DNA from: an uncultured Pelagibacteraceae bacterium
GTDB lineage: Bacteria; Pseudomonadota; Alphaproteobacteria; Pelagibacterales; Pelagibacteraceae
Length of the DNA: 64,000 nt
Assembly: GCA_902588975.1 (NCBI GenBank)
Contig: CACIRJ010000001.1
Span: forward strand, 85,594 to 149,593
Direction of reading: 5' to 3'
Shown here: one piece after another, positions 43,058 to 51,640 of the stretch
Layout: the number at the start of each line of letters is the position of its first letter
Position numbering within the stretch: the stretch's first letter is position 1
Position numbers and translations under genes: made by a program
The notes under the pieces: model-generated
Database searches by the model: none
The model's input: the letters and a program-made list of their open reading frames with translations, nothing else
Told to the model about the DNA's origin: nothing

Positions 43058-43086
43058 TTGACAATATATCGATTTATAAGTATTAA
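43058..43086 (+). promoter_or_regulatory. Candidate sigma70 promoter for rplM-rpsI
   Basis: TTGACA-17nt-TATTAA, ending 10 nt before the ATG at 43097. Confidence 0.6.
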
Positions 43087-43096
43087 TCCCGCAATT

Positions 43097-43555
43097 ATGA
43101 CTAAATTTCTTAAAAAAGATGACCTAAACAGTAAATGGTTTGAAATTGACGCAACTGGAGCAGTAGTTGGAAGATTGGCAACTGTTGTATCAAAAATTCT
43201 TAGAGGAAAAAACAAAGCAACATTTACACCTCATATGGATAGTGGAGATTTTGTTGTTGTTAAAAACGTAGATCAATTAAAATTTACAGGGAATAAGTTT
43301 TCAAACAAAAAATATTATAGACACACAGGGCATCCTGGTGGAATTAAAGAAACAACACCTGAAATATTACAATCTTCAAAACCAGGTGAAGTTTTAAAAA
43401 TGGCAGTAAAAAGAATGTTACCTGGCGGTCCTTTAGCTAAAAAACAACTAACTAAACTTAAGGTTTATTCAGGATCGGATCATCCTCATTCAGCACAAAA
43501 CCCTGAAGTAATAGAAATTGAAAAACTTAATTCAAAAAATATAGTAAGAAATTAA
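43097..43555 (+). CDS. rplM: 50S ribosomal protein L13
   Basis: IDA...GRLAT..LRGKNK.FTPH.D.GD, YYRHTGHPGG, KRMLP; ATG at 43097. Confidence 0.97.
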   Translation: MTKFLKKDDLNSKWFEIDATGAVVGRLATVVSKILRGKNKATFTPHMDSGDFVVVKNVDQLKFTGNKFSNKKYYRHTGHPGGIKETTPEILQSSKPGEVLKMAVKRMLPGGPLAKKQLTKLKVYSGSDHPHSAQNPEVIEIEKLNSKNIVRN

Positions 43556-43556
43556 A

Positions 43557-43988
43557 ATGGAAACAAATCAATCTACATCTTCAAAACTAAAATTAGATTT
43601 TAAAGATGCAAAATATGCAACAGGTAGAAGAAAAACTTCAATTGCAAAAGTTTGGTTAAAAAAAGGGACTGGTAAATTTTACGTTAATGGTAAAAATCTA
43701 GATGATTATTTCACAAGGGCTACTCATAAAATGCAAATACTAAGACCTTTTGAAATTATCAATCAATCTACAGAATACGATGTTAGATCCCAAGTTGTTG
43801 GAGGTGGACACACAGGTCAAGCTGGAGCATTAGTACATGGTATATCAAGAGCACTATTACAATTTGATGAAAATCTAAAACCAACACTTAGAAAAGAAAA
43901 ACTTACCACAAGAGATTCTAGATCTGTTGAGAGAAAAAAACCTGGTCGCGCAAAAGCTAGAAGAAGTTATCAATTCTCTAAAAGATAA
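43557..43988 (+). CDS. rpsI: 30S ribosomal protein S9
   Basis: TGRRK, GGG.TGQAGA..HGISRAL, RD.R.VERKK, QFSKR. Confidence 0.97.
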   Translation: METNQSTSSKLKLDFKDAKYATGRRKTSIAKVWLKKGTGKFYVNGKNLDDYFTRATHKMQILRPFEIINQSTEYDVRSQVVGGGHTGQAGALVHGISRALLQFDENLKPTLRKEKLTTRDSRSVERKKPGRAKARRSYQFSKR

Positions 43989-44021
43989 TATCATTTTATT
44001 AAACAACTGTTATATTACAAT

Positions 44022-45044
44022 ATGTCTAAGATTAATGCATTAGTTGCTGGCGCTACCGGATACATAGGTATTCAATTGGTCAAATTATTAACTAAACATA
44101 AAAGAGTGAAAATTAAATATCTTTGTGGTGAAACCTCTGTAGGTAAGAAAATTAGCTCTTATGATAAATACTTCAATAAATATAAACTACCAAATATTGT
44201 TAAATTTAATAAAAAGTTATTAAAAAATGTTGATATTATATTTACTGCATTACCTAATGGAGAGGCTCAAAAAATTTCAAAAAATTTAAATAATAAAAAT
44301 ATTTTAATTGATTTAGCGGCAGATTTTAGACTTAAATCAGCCAGTGATTATTTGAAATGGTATAAAATCAAACATAATGCTCCTAATTTAATCAAAAAAA
44401 GTATTTATTCATTACCTGAGTTAAATAATCAGAACATTAAAAAATATAAGATAATTTCTTGTCCAGGCTGTTATCCAACATCAATTTTATTACCCCTAGT
44501 ACCGTTAATTAAAAAAAATATTGTTAAATCAAACAATATCATAATTGATTCTAAATCTGGTTATTCAGGTGCAGGCAGAAATATTCATAAAAAATATAAC
44601 AACAAATTTTTAAATGAGACATTGAGTGCTTATGGTTTAGCGTTTCACAGACACAATTCAGAAATTGATCAGGAACTAAAATTAAAAACTGGCAAAAAGG
44701 TAAAATTTCAATTTACACCTCATCTTTCACCAATGTTTAGAGGAATATTAACTACTATGTATTTAGATCTTAAAAGAAATGATTCTCTTAAAAAAATTTA
44801 TTCTTTTCTAAAAAAATATTACAAAAATAATAAATTTATTAAAATTTTGAAACCAAATACATTTTTAGGAACTAATGAGGTAATAAACACAAATAACTGT
44901 CATATTTCTGTATGTGAGAGCAAATATAAGAATAAAATTATTATATTGTCAGCAATAGATAATTTGATTAAGGGTGGTAGTGGACAAGCTGTTCAAAATA
45001 TGAATATTTTATTTGGATATAAGTCTGACGAAGGATTAAATTGA
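44022..45044 (+). CDS. argC: N-acetyl-gamma-glutamyl-phosphate reductase
   Basis: GATGYIG, DLAADFR, PGCYPT, SGYSGAG, DNLIKG.SGQAVQN. Confidence 0.96.
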   Translation: MSKINALVAGATGYIGIQLVKLLTKHKRVKIKYLCGETSVGKKISSYDKYFNKYKLPNIVKFNKKLLKNVDIIFTALPNGEAQKISKNLNNKNILIDLAADFRLKSASDYLKWYKIKHNAPNLIKKSIYSLPELNNQNIKKYKIISCPGCYPTSILLPLVPLIKKNIVKSNNIIIDSKSGYSGAGRNIHKKYNNKFLNETLSAYGLAFHRHNSEIDQELKLKTGKKVKFQFTPHLSPMFRGILTTMYLDLKRNDSLKKIYSFLKKYYKNNKFIKILKPNTFLGTNEVINTNNCHISVCESKYKNKIIILSAIDNLIKGGSGQAVQNMNILFGYKSDEGLN

Positions 45045-45247
45045 TGAGAATACTGATAATTTTATTAATTTTTTTATTTTTAAATAATTGCTCTAATCAA
45101 AACTTTGGTTCTTTTTTAAAGAAAAAAAATGATGATATAGTTCAAAAGCCAAATTTAGACATTGATAAAAATATTTCTTTTGAAGATTTTAAAAATAAAA
45201 TTATTAATTATGGAAAAAATAGTAGTTTTCCAAGTTTAGATGATTGA
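45044..45247 (+). CDS. Small hypothetical lipoprotein
   Basis: Hydrophobic signal peptide ending FLNNC; fills the argC-hom gap exactly. Confidence 0.6.
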   Translation: MRILIILLIFLFLNNCSNQNFGSFLKKKNDDIVQKPNLDIDKNISFEDFKNKIINYGKNSSFPSLDD

Positions 45248-45248
45248 T

Positions 45249-46538
45249 ATGACTAAAAAGCTTAATATAGCAATTGTTGGATTAGGGCAGATTGGTAATT
45301 ATCTCTATAATGAATTAAATACAAAAAAAAAAGATATTCTAAAAAAAACTGGAAAAATTATATCTGTTTCTGCAATTTCAGCTAAAAATATTAATAAAAA
45401 AAGAAAATTTAGAATTAATAAGAAAATATTTTATAAAGATCCCTTTAAAATTTTTAAAAATAATAAAATTGATATTTTAATTGAAGCCATTGGTCAATCC
45501 GATGGTATATCAAAAAAAATCGTAGAATTTGCACTAAAGAATAAAATTCATGTCGTAACTCCTAACAAGGCATTAATTTCTAAACACGGTAATAATCTGT
45601 CTAAACTTGCTGAAAAAAATAAAGTTAATTTAGAATTTGAAGCTTCAGTAGGAGGTGGAATCCCTGTATTAAGGACTATTAAAGAAGGGCTAGCAACTAA
45701 TAAAATAAGTAAAGTATATGGAATATTAAATGGTACTTGTAATTATATATTATCTGAAATGGAAGAAACCAAATCTGGCTTTTCAACTGTATTAAAAAAA
45801 GCTCAACTATTAGGTTATGCTGAACCTGGTAATCCAAAATTAGATTTAAATGGTTACGATGCTTTAGCTAAAGTTAAAATTCTCTCTGCTCTGGCATTTA
45901 ATAATAAAGTTTCAAATTCAAAATGTTTAATGGAGGGTATTGAAAATATTGAATACAAGGATTTAGAAATTGCAAATCAATTAAATTATAAAATTAAATT
46001 ATTGGGAATAACAGAAATTGTTAATAATAAATTATTTGAAAGAGTTCATCCATGTTTAATAAAAAAAAATACTTACATTGCAAATGTTAATGGTGTTATG
46101 AATGCTGTTATAATTGAAGGTAATCCAGTAGGTGAGAGTGTTTTACAAGGGGAAGGCGCTGGACCTGGTCCAACATCATCAGCTTTGATGTCTGATCTTT
46201 TGTCAATTTTACGTGGAAATATTAAATACCCTTTTGGGATTTCAGACAATAAAAGAAAATCTCCATCTATTTATAATACAGATAATTATTCGAATGCTCT
46301 ATATATTAGACTTGAAGTTAAGGATAAACCCGGTGTTCTATCTGAAATTACTAAAAAATTTGCTAAACATAAAATTTCTGTTCAAAGATTAATTCAAATA
46401 CCAAATAATAAGAACAAAACTGCTTCTATTGTGATAATAACTCACAAATCCTTGGAAAAGGATTATCAGAAATGTATTAAATCCTTTAAATCAAATAAAA
46501 ATATTATTAAAAACCCTATATTGTTAAGACTTTTTTAA
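45249..46538 (+). CDS. hom: Homoserine dehydrogenase
   Basis: GLGQIG, VTPNKAL, FEASVGGGIP, GILNGTCNYIL, GAGPGPTSSA, C-terminal ACT. Confidence 0.96.
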   Translation: MTKKLNIAIVGLGQIGNYLYNELNTKKKDILKKTGKIISVSAISAKNINKKRKFRINKKIFYKDPFKIFKNNKIDILIEAIGQSDGISKKIVEFALKNKIHVVTPNKALISKHGNNLSKLAEKNKVNLEFEASVGGGIPVLRTIKEGLATNKISKVYGILNGTCNYILSEMEETKSGFSTVLKKAQLLGYAEPGNPKLDLNGYDALAKVKILSALAFNNKVSNSKCLMEGIENIEYKDLEIANQLNYKIKLLGITEIVNNKLFERVHPCLIKKNTYIANVNGVMNAVIIEGNPVGESVLQGEGAGPGPTSSALMSDLLSILRGNIKYPFGISDNKRKSPSIYNTDNYSNALYIRLEVKDKPGVLSEITKKFAKHKISVQRLIQIPNNKNKTASIVIITHKSLEKDYQKCIKSFKSNKNIIKNPILLRLF

Positions 46539-47437
46539 TGGAACTTTATTTAAAGCTCTTTGAAGTTCTATTTCCTGTATTTTTTATTGTTGGTATTGGT
46601 TTTTTATTAGGAAAAAAAAATCCAAATTTCGATACTTCTTTTATAACATCGTATGCTGGAAATTTTGGAACTCCGGCTTTAGTAATTTTTTCTCTTACTT
46701 CTACAGGTGTTACATTTGATATATTTGCAGAATATTTTATTTACGCATTAATATTACTTTCATCATTTGCTTTAATTGGTCTTGTCTTTTTAATTCTTAT
46801 GAAAAAGGATTATATTAGAGAATTACCAACATTTTTTTTACCTAATACAGGTAATATGGGTATACCAATATGTCTTTTTGCTTATGGTAATTTGGGTATG
46901 GGTGTAGCTGCAGCTATATCATCTTTGGTAATACTCTTACATTTTACTGCTAATATATTTCTTGCAAAACGAAAATTTGATTTTTCAATAATCGCAAAAA
47001 GCCCTTCCTTCTACACAATTATTTTGACTGTTATTTTTTTATACTACGACACAGAGATGCCGGTTTTTGTGATTAATACAACAATGCTTTTATCTTATGC
47101 TATGATTGTAATGATTTTAATGTCTTTGGGTATTGCCTTAACCCAAATGAAAGTATTTTCTTTAAGAGACTCAATTATAACTTCTATAGGCAGAGTAATC
47201 CTTGGTCCAATAGTAGGTTTTTTTATTATAAAATTCTTTAATTTATCTGGTTTTGCAGCAGGTGTTTTACTAATTCAATCTTCAATGCCTAGTGCAATAT
47301 TGTGTTATTTGGTTGCATCAATGTACTCTCCAAAAAAAAATGTAGATAATATTTCAAGCACAATTGTTGTTTCTACTTTAATGTCATTGGTTACAGTACC
47401 AATTACAGTGTTTATTGCCCTTAAATATTTTGCGTAA
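46538..47437 (+). CDS. AEC (auxin efflux carrier/malate permease) family transporter
   Basis: PNTGNMGIP, SMPSA; ~10 TM segments. Confidence 0.85.
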   Translation: MELYLKLFEVLFPVFFIVGIGFLLGKKNPNFDTSFITSYAGNFGTPALVIFSLTSTGVTFDIFAEYFIYALILLSSFALIGLVFLILMKKDYIRELPTFFLPNTGNMGIPICLFAYGNLGMGVAAAISSLVILLHFTANIFLAKRKFDFSIIAKSPSFYTIILTVIFLYYDTEMPVFVINTTMLLSYAMIVMILMSLGIALTQMKVFSLRDSIITSIGRVILGPIVGFFIIKFFNLSGFAAGVLLIQSSMPSAILCYLVASMYSPKKNVDNISSTIVVSTLMSLVTVPITVFIALKYFA

Positions 47438-48283
47438 ATGAAGGCGATATTTTTAAATTTATCCGCATGGATTGTTTTGCCCTTTATGGATGCAATTGCA
47501 AAATACTTATCGTCAGATTTATCTTTCTTTCAAATTACTTGGGCTAGATATTTTTTTACAGTTGTTTTTACAACTTTTTTTATGTTTTTCTTTTTTAGGA
47601 AACAATTAAATTTTTCTCAAAATATCAAATTACAAATAATTAGAGGTTTGTCTTTATTTTTTGCAAATATATGTTTTTTTTATTCCATATCTGTAATCTC
47701 AATGGCTAAATCATTAACCTTAGCTTTTGTAGGACCTTTGGTTACTACAGCTCTTTCATCTGTGTTATTAAATGAGAAAGTTGGATATAAAAGGTGGATA
47801 GCTGTAATAATTGGATTTTCTGGTACATTAATTGTTATGCGACCTGGACTTATAGAGGTAAATTTAGCAAGTATTTCAGCAGTTGGAACAGGGGTATTTT
47901 ATGGCTTTTATGTTATTATAACTCGTAAATTGCATTCAACTGATAGTCCTTTACTCACATTGCTGATTACAGGCTTAGTAGGGGCTTTTATTGCATCTTT
48001 TTTTGTTCCTTTTGTTTGGATTAATCCTACTGCAACTCAATGGTCTTGGATGGCTTTAATGGGTATATTTGCTTGTATAGGTCATATACTAATTATTTTG
48101 TCTCTTCGATACGCTGATGCATCTAAATTAGCTCCACTTAGTTATTTTGAAATTGTAACTAATATTATTCTTGGTTATTATATATTTTCTGATTTTCCTG
48201 ATAAATTTACATTTATTGGTTTGTTTGTAATTATAATTTCAGGCTTATATGTTTTCAAAAGAGAATATTATCAAAAAATATAA
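47438..48283 (+). CDS. DMT/EamA family transporter
   Basis: Two EamA repeats, LNEKVG..RW, AS.LAP.SY. Confidence 0.88.
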   Translation: MKAIFLNLSAWIVLPFMDAIAKYLSSDLSFFQITWARYFFTVVFTTFFMFFFFRKQLNFSQNIKLQIIRGLSLFFANICFFYSISVISMAKSLTLAFVGPLVTTALSSVLLNEKVGYKRWIAVIIGFSGTLIVMRPGLIEVNLASISAVGTGVFYGFYVIITRKLHSTDSPLLTLLITGLVGAFIASFFVPFVWINPTATQWSWMALMGIFACIGHILIILSLRYADASKLAPLSYFEIVTNIILGYYIFSDFPDKFTFIGLFVIIISGLYVFKREYYQKI

Positions 48284-48820
48284 GTAATATTCTATGTACT
48301 ATATATTGATATAATACTTTAATAATTCTATATAAACTATTGTATTTATTACATTTTATTTGATACATCAACTATAATATTATTTATATATATATACAGG
48401 AAAATGGAAAAAAAATTATTAAATTTTCAATTAAATAAACGCTAGTAATTAAAAATAATCAATAAACATTGGATTTTTGAATTATAAAAATAAACAATAA
48501 AAATTGTTTATGAAATAGGGGACAATAATTCAGTTAAATCAACGGTTATAAAGAAATACTAGAAGAAATCTATTGATTTGGAAAATTTAGTTTTGTTTTT
48601 GATTTGGAAATTTCTCAATATTGATTGATATAAGTATGCTAAAAAATGTTAAATTTCTTAATAAATATTGAAGTAATGCAATTTAAGAATATAGTGTTTA
48701 ATGCCCCATATATAGGGCTAATTTAGAGATTTAAATTTATAAGCTGCAACCAATAGGAGAATTTAAAATTGTAATACTAAATGTTGTTAAATTTAAAAAA
48801 AACATTGGTATTACTAGCTT

Positions 48821-49096
48821 TTAGAGCAAAATTCCCTCAGATTTTAGTAGTTTTTTCTTTGTTTTTATACCACCTTTGCCTGAATATCCACCAAGAGAAC
48901 CATCAGACCTGATTACTCTATGGCAAGGTATTTTAGGAGCATATGGATTCTTTCCTATAGCATTAGCTACAGCTCTTACAGCTTTAGGTTTATTTATACC
49001 TTTTGCTACGTCAGAATAAGTTAGAACACTACCTTTTTTTATGGTTTTTAAGAATTTCCAAACTTTAATTTGAAATTTTGTTCCTTTAAGGATCAT
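48821..49096 (-). CDS. ogt: Methylated-DNA--protein-cysteine methyltransferase (C-terminal domain only, 91 aa)
   Basis: TYSDVA, RAVANA, IPCHRV active site, GGY, LLKSEG; ATG at 49096. Confidence 0.9.
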   Translation of the reverse strand: MILKGTKFQIKVWKFLKTIKKGSVLTYSDVAKGINKPKAVRAVANAIGKNPYAPKIPCHRVIRSDGSLGGYSGKGGIKTKKKLLKSEGILL

Positions 49097-49100
49097 ATAC

Positions 49101-49146
49101 AAGAAAAAACCCTGTATCTCTGCACCTTTTCAGGTACAAAGATCAG
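49101..49146 (-). terminator. Intrinsic terminator closing the structured RNA
   Basis: CTGATCTTTGTACCT-GAAA-AGGTGCAGAGATACAG followed by GGTTTTTTCTT. Confidence 0.65.
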
Positions 49147-49290
49147 TAGTTTTTTGGCACGTCGTTGTATGCGCTACCGCCATGCCTTCCACCCCGCAAT
49201 TTTAGCGCTACTCTGCGTGGTTTTCTGCCCTCTGGGCTTGAATCTCTCGATTTTTCCCCAGATGGTCAGTTAAGAGTTGCCTCTTAATTC
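49101..49290 (-). ncRNA. Structured small RNA (~185 nt, five stems, loop-loop pseudoknot); possibly IMES-class marine RNA
   Basis: GC-rich island in AT-rich DNA; minus-strand hairpins closed by GCAA, GAGA and GAAA tetraloops; G-U wobbles pair only on the minus strand; complementary loops GCGCTA/TAGCGC; ends in stem + U-tract. Confidence 0.8.
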
Positions 49291-49381
49291 AATATAAACA
49301 TTATCATAGTGCAAATATGATTAGTATCACTTTATAGTTGATTATTAAGGGTTTTTAACAGCTGTGAATAGCGTTAACAAA

Positions 49382-49588
49382 CTATCTAGGTCCAATGAAA
49401 ATTAGAATAAAATAAGATAAATAGAAAATTATTGTTAAAACAGATAAGAAATACACTTCTAATGATTTTCCATTTTTTTTGTAAACCAAATAACTCAGTA
49501 TAGTTAAACCTAAAGATATAATTAAAAAATAGCTTGAAGGAATTTCACCATCTATATTCATGAATTCTTCGTTTAATTCATTTGACAT
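49382..49588 (-). CDS. Small hypothetical membrane protein (2 TM)
   Basis: 68-aa ORF with two hydrophobic helices, divergent from the recombinase. Confidence 0.55.
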   Translation of the reverse strand: MSNELNEEFMNIDGEIPSSYFLIISLGLTILSYLVYKKNGKSLEVYFLSVLTIIFYLSYFILIFIGPR

Positions 49589-49605
49589 TTAAAATCACTT
49601 AATAT

Positions 49606-49640
49606 ATTACTAATGATAATTAATTGTTATCAATAGTAAT
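49606..49640. repeat. loxP-like inverted repeat, candidate recombination site
   Basis: ATTACTAATGATAA-TTAATTG-TTATCAATAGTAAT: 14-bp arms (13/14 match) around a 7-bp asymmetric spacer, 3 nt before the recombinase ATG. Confidence 0.65.
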
Positions 49641-49643
49641 TAT

Positions 49644-50597
49644 ATGAATGAACTGACAACAGACCTAAAATCGCTTCATCAGGCAACTTTAAATAACCTT
49701 AAAAGCTCAAAGGCAAATAATACAATAAGAGCTTATAAATCTGACTTTAAAGATTTCGGAGCTTTTTGCGCTAAGCATGGTTTAGATTCATTACCAACAG
49801 AGCCAAAAATAGTTTCCCTGTATCTAACCCATCTCTCTAAAAACTCAAAAATTAGCACTTTAAGAAGAAGATTAGTATCAATAAGTATGGTTCATAAGCT
49901 TAAAGGGCATTATCTAGACACAAAACATCCAATCATCGTTGAAAATTTAATGGGAATAAGAAGGGTCAAAGGAAGTATTCAGAAAGGAAAAAAACCTTTA
50001 TTAATCAATCATTTAAAATCAATTATTAATGTAATAAATGAACAAAAACATGAGGAAATAAAAAAACTTAGAGATAAATCAATAATTTTAATTGGCTTTG
50101 GAGGAGGCTTTAGAAGAACTGAGCTCATTTCAATTGATCATGAGGATTTAGAATTTGTTCCTGAGGGCCTAAAAATCACTATTAAAAGATCAAAAACTGA
50201 TCAATTCGGCGAAGGAATGACTAAAGGACTACCCTACTTCGATAATGAAATTTATTGCCCTGTTACAAATCTAAAAAAATGGTTAGAAATTTCTAAAATT
50301 AATTCTGGACCTATTTTTAGAAGATTTTCTAAAGGTTTATCATTAACAGATAAAAGATTAACTGACCAATCTGTAGTTTTATTAATGAAAGAGTATTTAA
50401 AGTTAGCAGGTATCGAAAACAAAAATTTTGCAGGACATAGTTTAAGGTCAGGTTTTGCAACAGTAGCTGCTGATTCAGGCGCTGATGAGAGAAGCATAAT
50501 GGCTATGACAGGTCATAAAACAACTCAAATGGTTAGAAGATATATTAGAGAGGCAAATATATTTAAAAATAATGCATTAAATAAAATTAAAATATAA
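49644..50597 (+). CDS. Cre-like tyrosine site-specific recombinase
   Basis: NTIRAYKSD N-domain; GFRRTE (R), SKTDQ (K), GHSLRSG (HxxR), TGH, RRY (Y): complete catalytic set. Confidence 0.9.
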   Translation: MNELTTDLKSLHQATLNNLKSSKANNTIRAYKSDFKDFGAFCAKHGLDSLPTEPKIVSLYLTHLSKNSKISTLRRRLVSISMVHKLKGHYLDTKHPIIVENLMGIRRVKGSIQKGKKPLLINHLKSIINVINEQKHEEIKKLRDKSIILIGFGGGFRRTELISIDHEDLEFVPEGLKITIKRSKTDQFGEGMTKGLPYFDNEIYCPVTNLKKWLEISKINSGPIFRRFSKGLSLTDKRLTDQSVVLLMKEYLKLAGIENKNFAGHSLRSGFATVAADSGADERSIMAMTGHKTTQMVRRYIREANIFKNNALNKIKI

Positions 50598-50602
50598 TAA
50601 AC

Positions 50603-51640
50603 TTAAATTAGCTTATTTCTGTATCTATCAATTTTTTTTGAAATATATTCATTCGTTAAGTAAAAATGTTTATAAATCTTTTTTTGTAATGATTTCTTTA
50701 AAGATTCATTTTTAATAAGTTTTTCAATTGAATTTTCAATATTTTTAACTGTTAAAGACTTTATTTTCATAGCTTTTGGAGATGCCTCGCTTAACCCACC
50801 TTTATCTGCGATAATTACAGCACATCCTGCACTTGAAGCTTCTAAGGCAGTTCTACCGAAGGGTTCGTTCCATCGAGAGCAAACAACTGAAATATCTGAT
50901 TTTATAAACCATTTTGTAACAATATTATATTTTTGAAAACCTAAAATTTTCAAATTTTTGTGTTCAAAAATATGGTTTTCTCTAGGTTCATCACCAATAA
51001 CAACTGCTTTCCAATAAGGATTATTATTTAATATACTTATAATAGCCTTTCCAAATAAATCATAACCTTTAGAAGCATTTAATCTACCAACAAACAAAAT
51101 TATTTTTTTTTTATTTTTAAAATTAATTATTTTTTTACTTGTTGATTGATTAATAACTTCGAGTTTATCTGTATTGTATTTTTTATTTAAACCTTTCATA
51201 AATTTATTTAGAGTCCAATTACTATTAAATATTATTTTTTTTGTTTTGTTAAATATATCTATTCTTTCCTTTACCGTTTTCGATGATTTCATTTCAAGTG
51301 GATTATTATGAAAATATAGAATAATATTATTATTTATCTCATAAATAGAATTTATATAATCTGGTCTATTATGTATTTCTATTAAATTTGATTTTTTTAT
51401 TTTTTCAATATCCAGAAATTTTTTTACATATACTTTACTACTGCTTCTGAAGAATATTTTCGAAAAATTTAAATTAGTATAATTAGGCAATAATTTTTTT
51501 TTAAAAGAGGTATTTCCATATACCTGAATATTTTTTTTGTATTTACTTAGTTTGATTGTGTCATTTAAAAAAAGGGAAACTGCACCTGCATAATTTGGGG
51601 TAAAATTTTCTTTGTAAGGAAGTAGAATTGAGATTTTCAT
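50603..51640 (-). CDS. Glycosyltransferase family 4
   Basis: LFVGRL...KG, EPFGRTALEA (EX7E), GGLSE. Confidence 0.9.
   Translation of the reverse strand: MKISILLPYKENFTPNYAGAVSLFLNDTIKLSKYKKNIQVYGNTSFKKKLLPNYTNLNFSKIFFRSSSKVYVKKFLDIEKIKKSNLIEIHNRPDYINSIYEINNNIILYFHNNPLEMKSSKTVKERIDIFNKTKKIIFNSNWTLNKFMKGLNKKYNTDKLEVINQSTSKKIINFKNKKKIILFVGRLNASKGYDLFGKAIISILNNNPYWKAVVIGDEPRENHIFEHKNLKILGFQKYNIVTKWFIKSDISVVCSRWNEPFGRTALEASSAGCAVIIADKGGLSEASPKAMKIKSLTVKNIENSIEKLIKNESLKKSLQKKIYKHFYLTNEYISKKIDRYRNKLI

Noticed and set aside
48284-48820. Replication origin or canonical XerCD dif site
   Set aside because: No cluster of TTATCCACA DnaA boxes, no oriC-linked genes, and no convincing dif consensus seen
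49070-49273. 67-aa plus-strand ORF
   Set aside because: TTG start, no recognisable motif; it is a by-product of the GC-rich structured RNA on the opposite strand
49101-49290. Glycine riboswitch, tmRNA, RNase P, SRP or 6S identity for the structured RNA
   Set aside because: Missing GGAGA/CCGAAG/CTCAGG, tRNA-like ends and tag ORF, GAGGAAAGTCC and the SRP loop motif; the multi-hairpin fold is unlike the single rod of 6S
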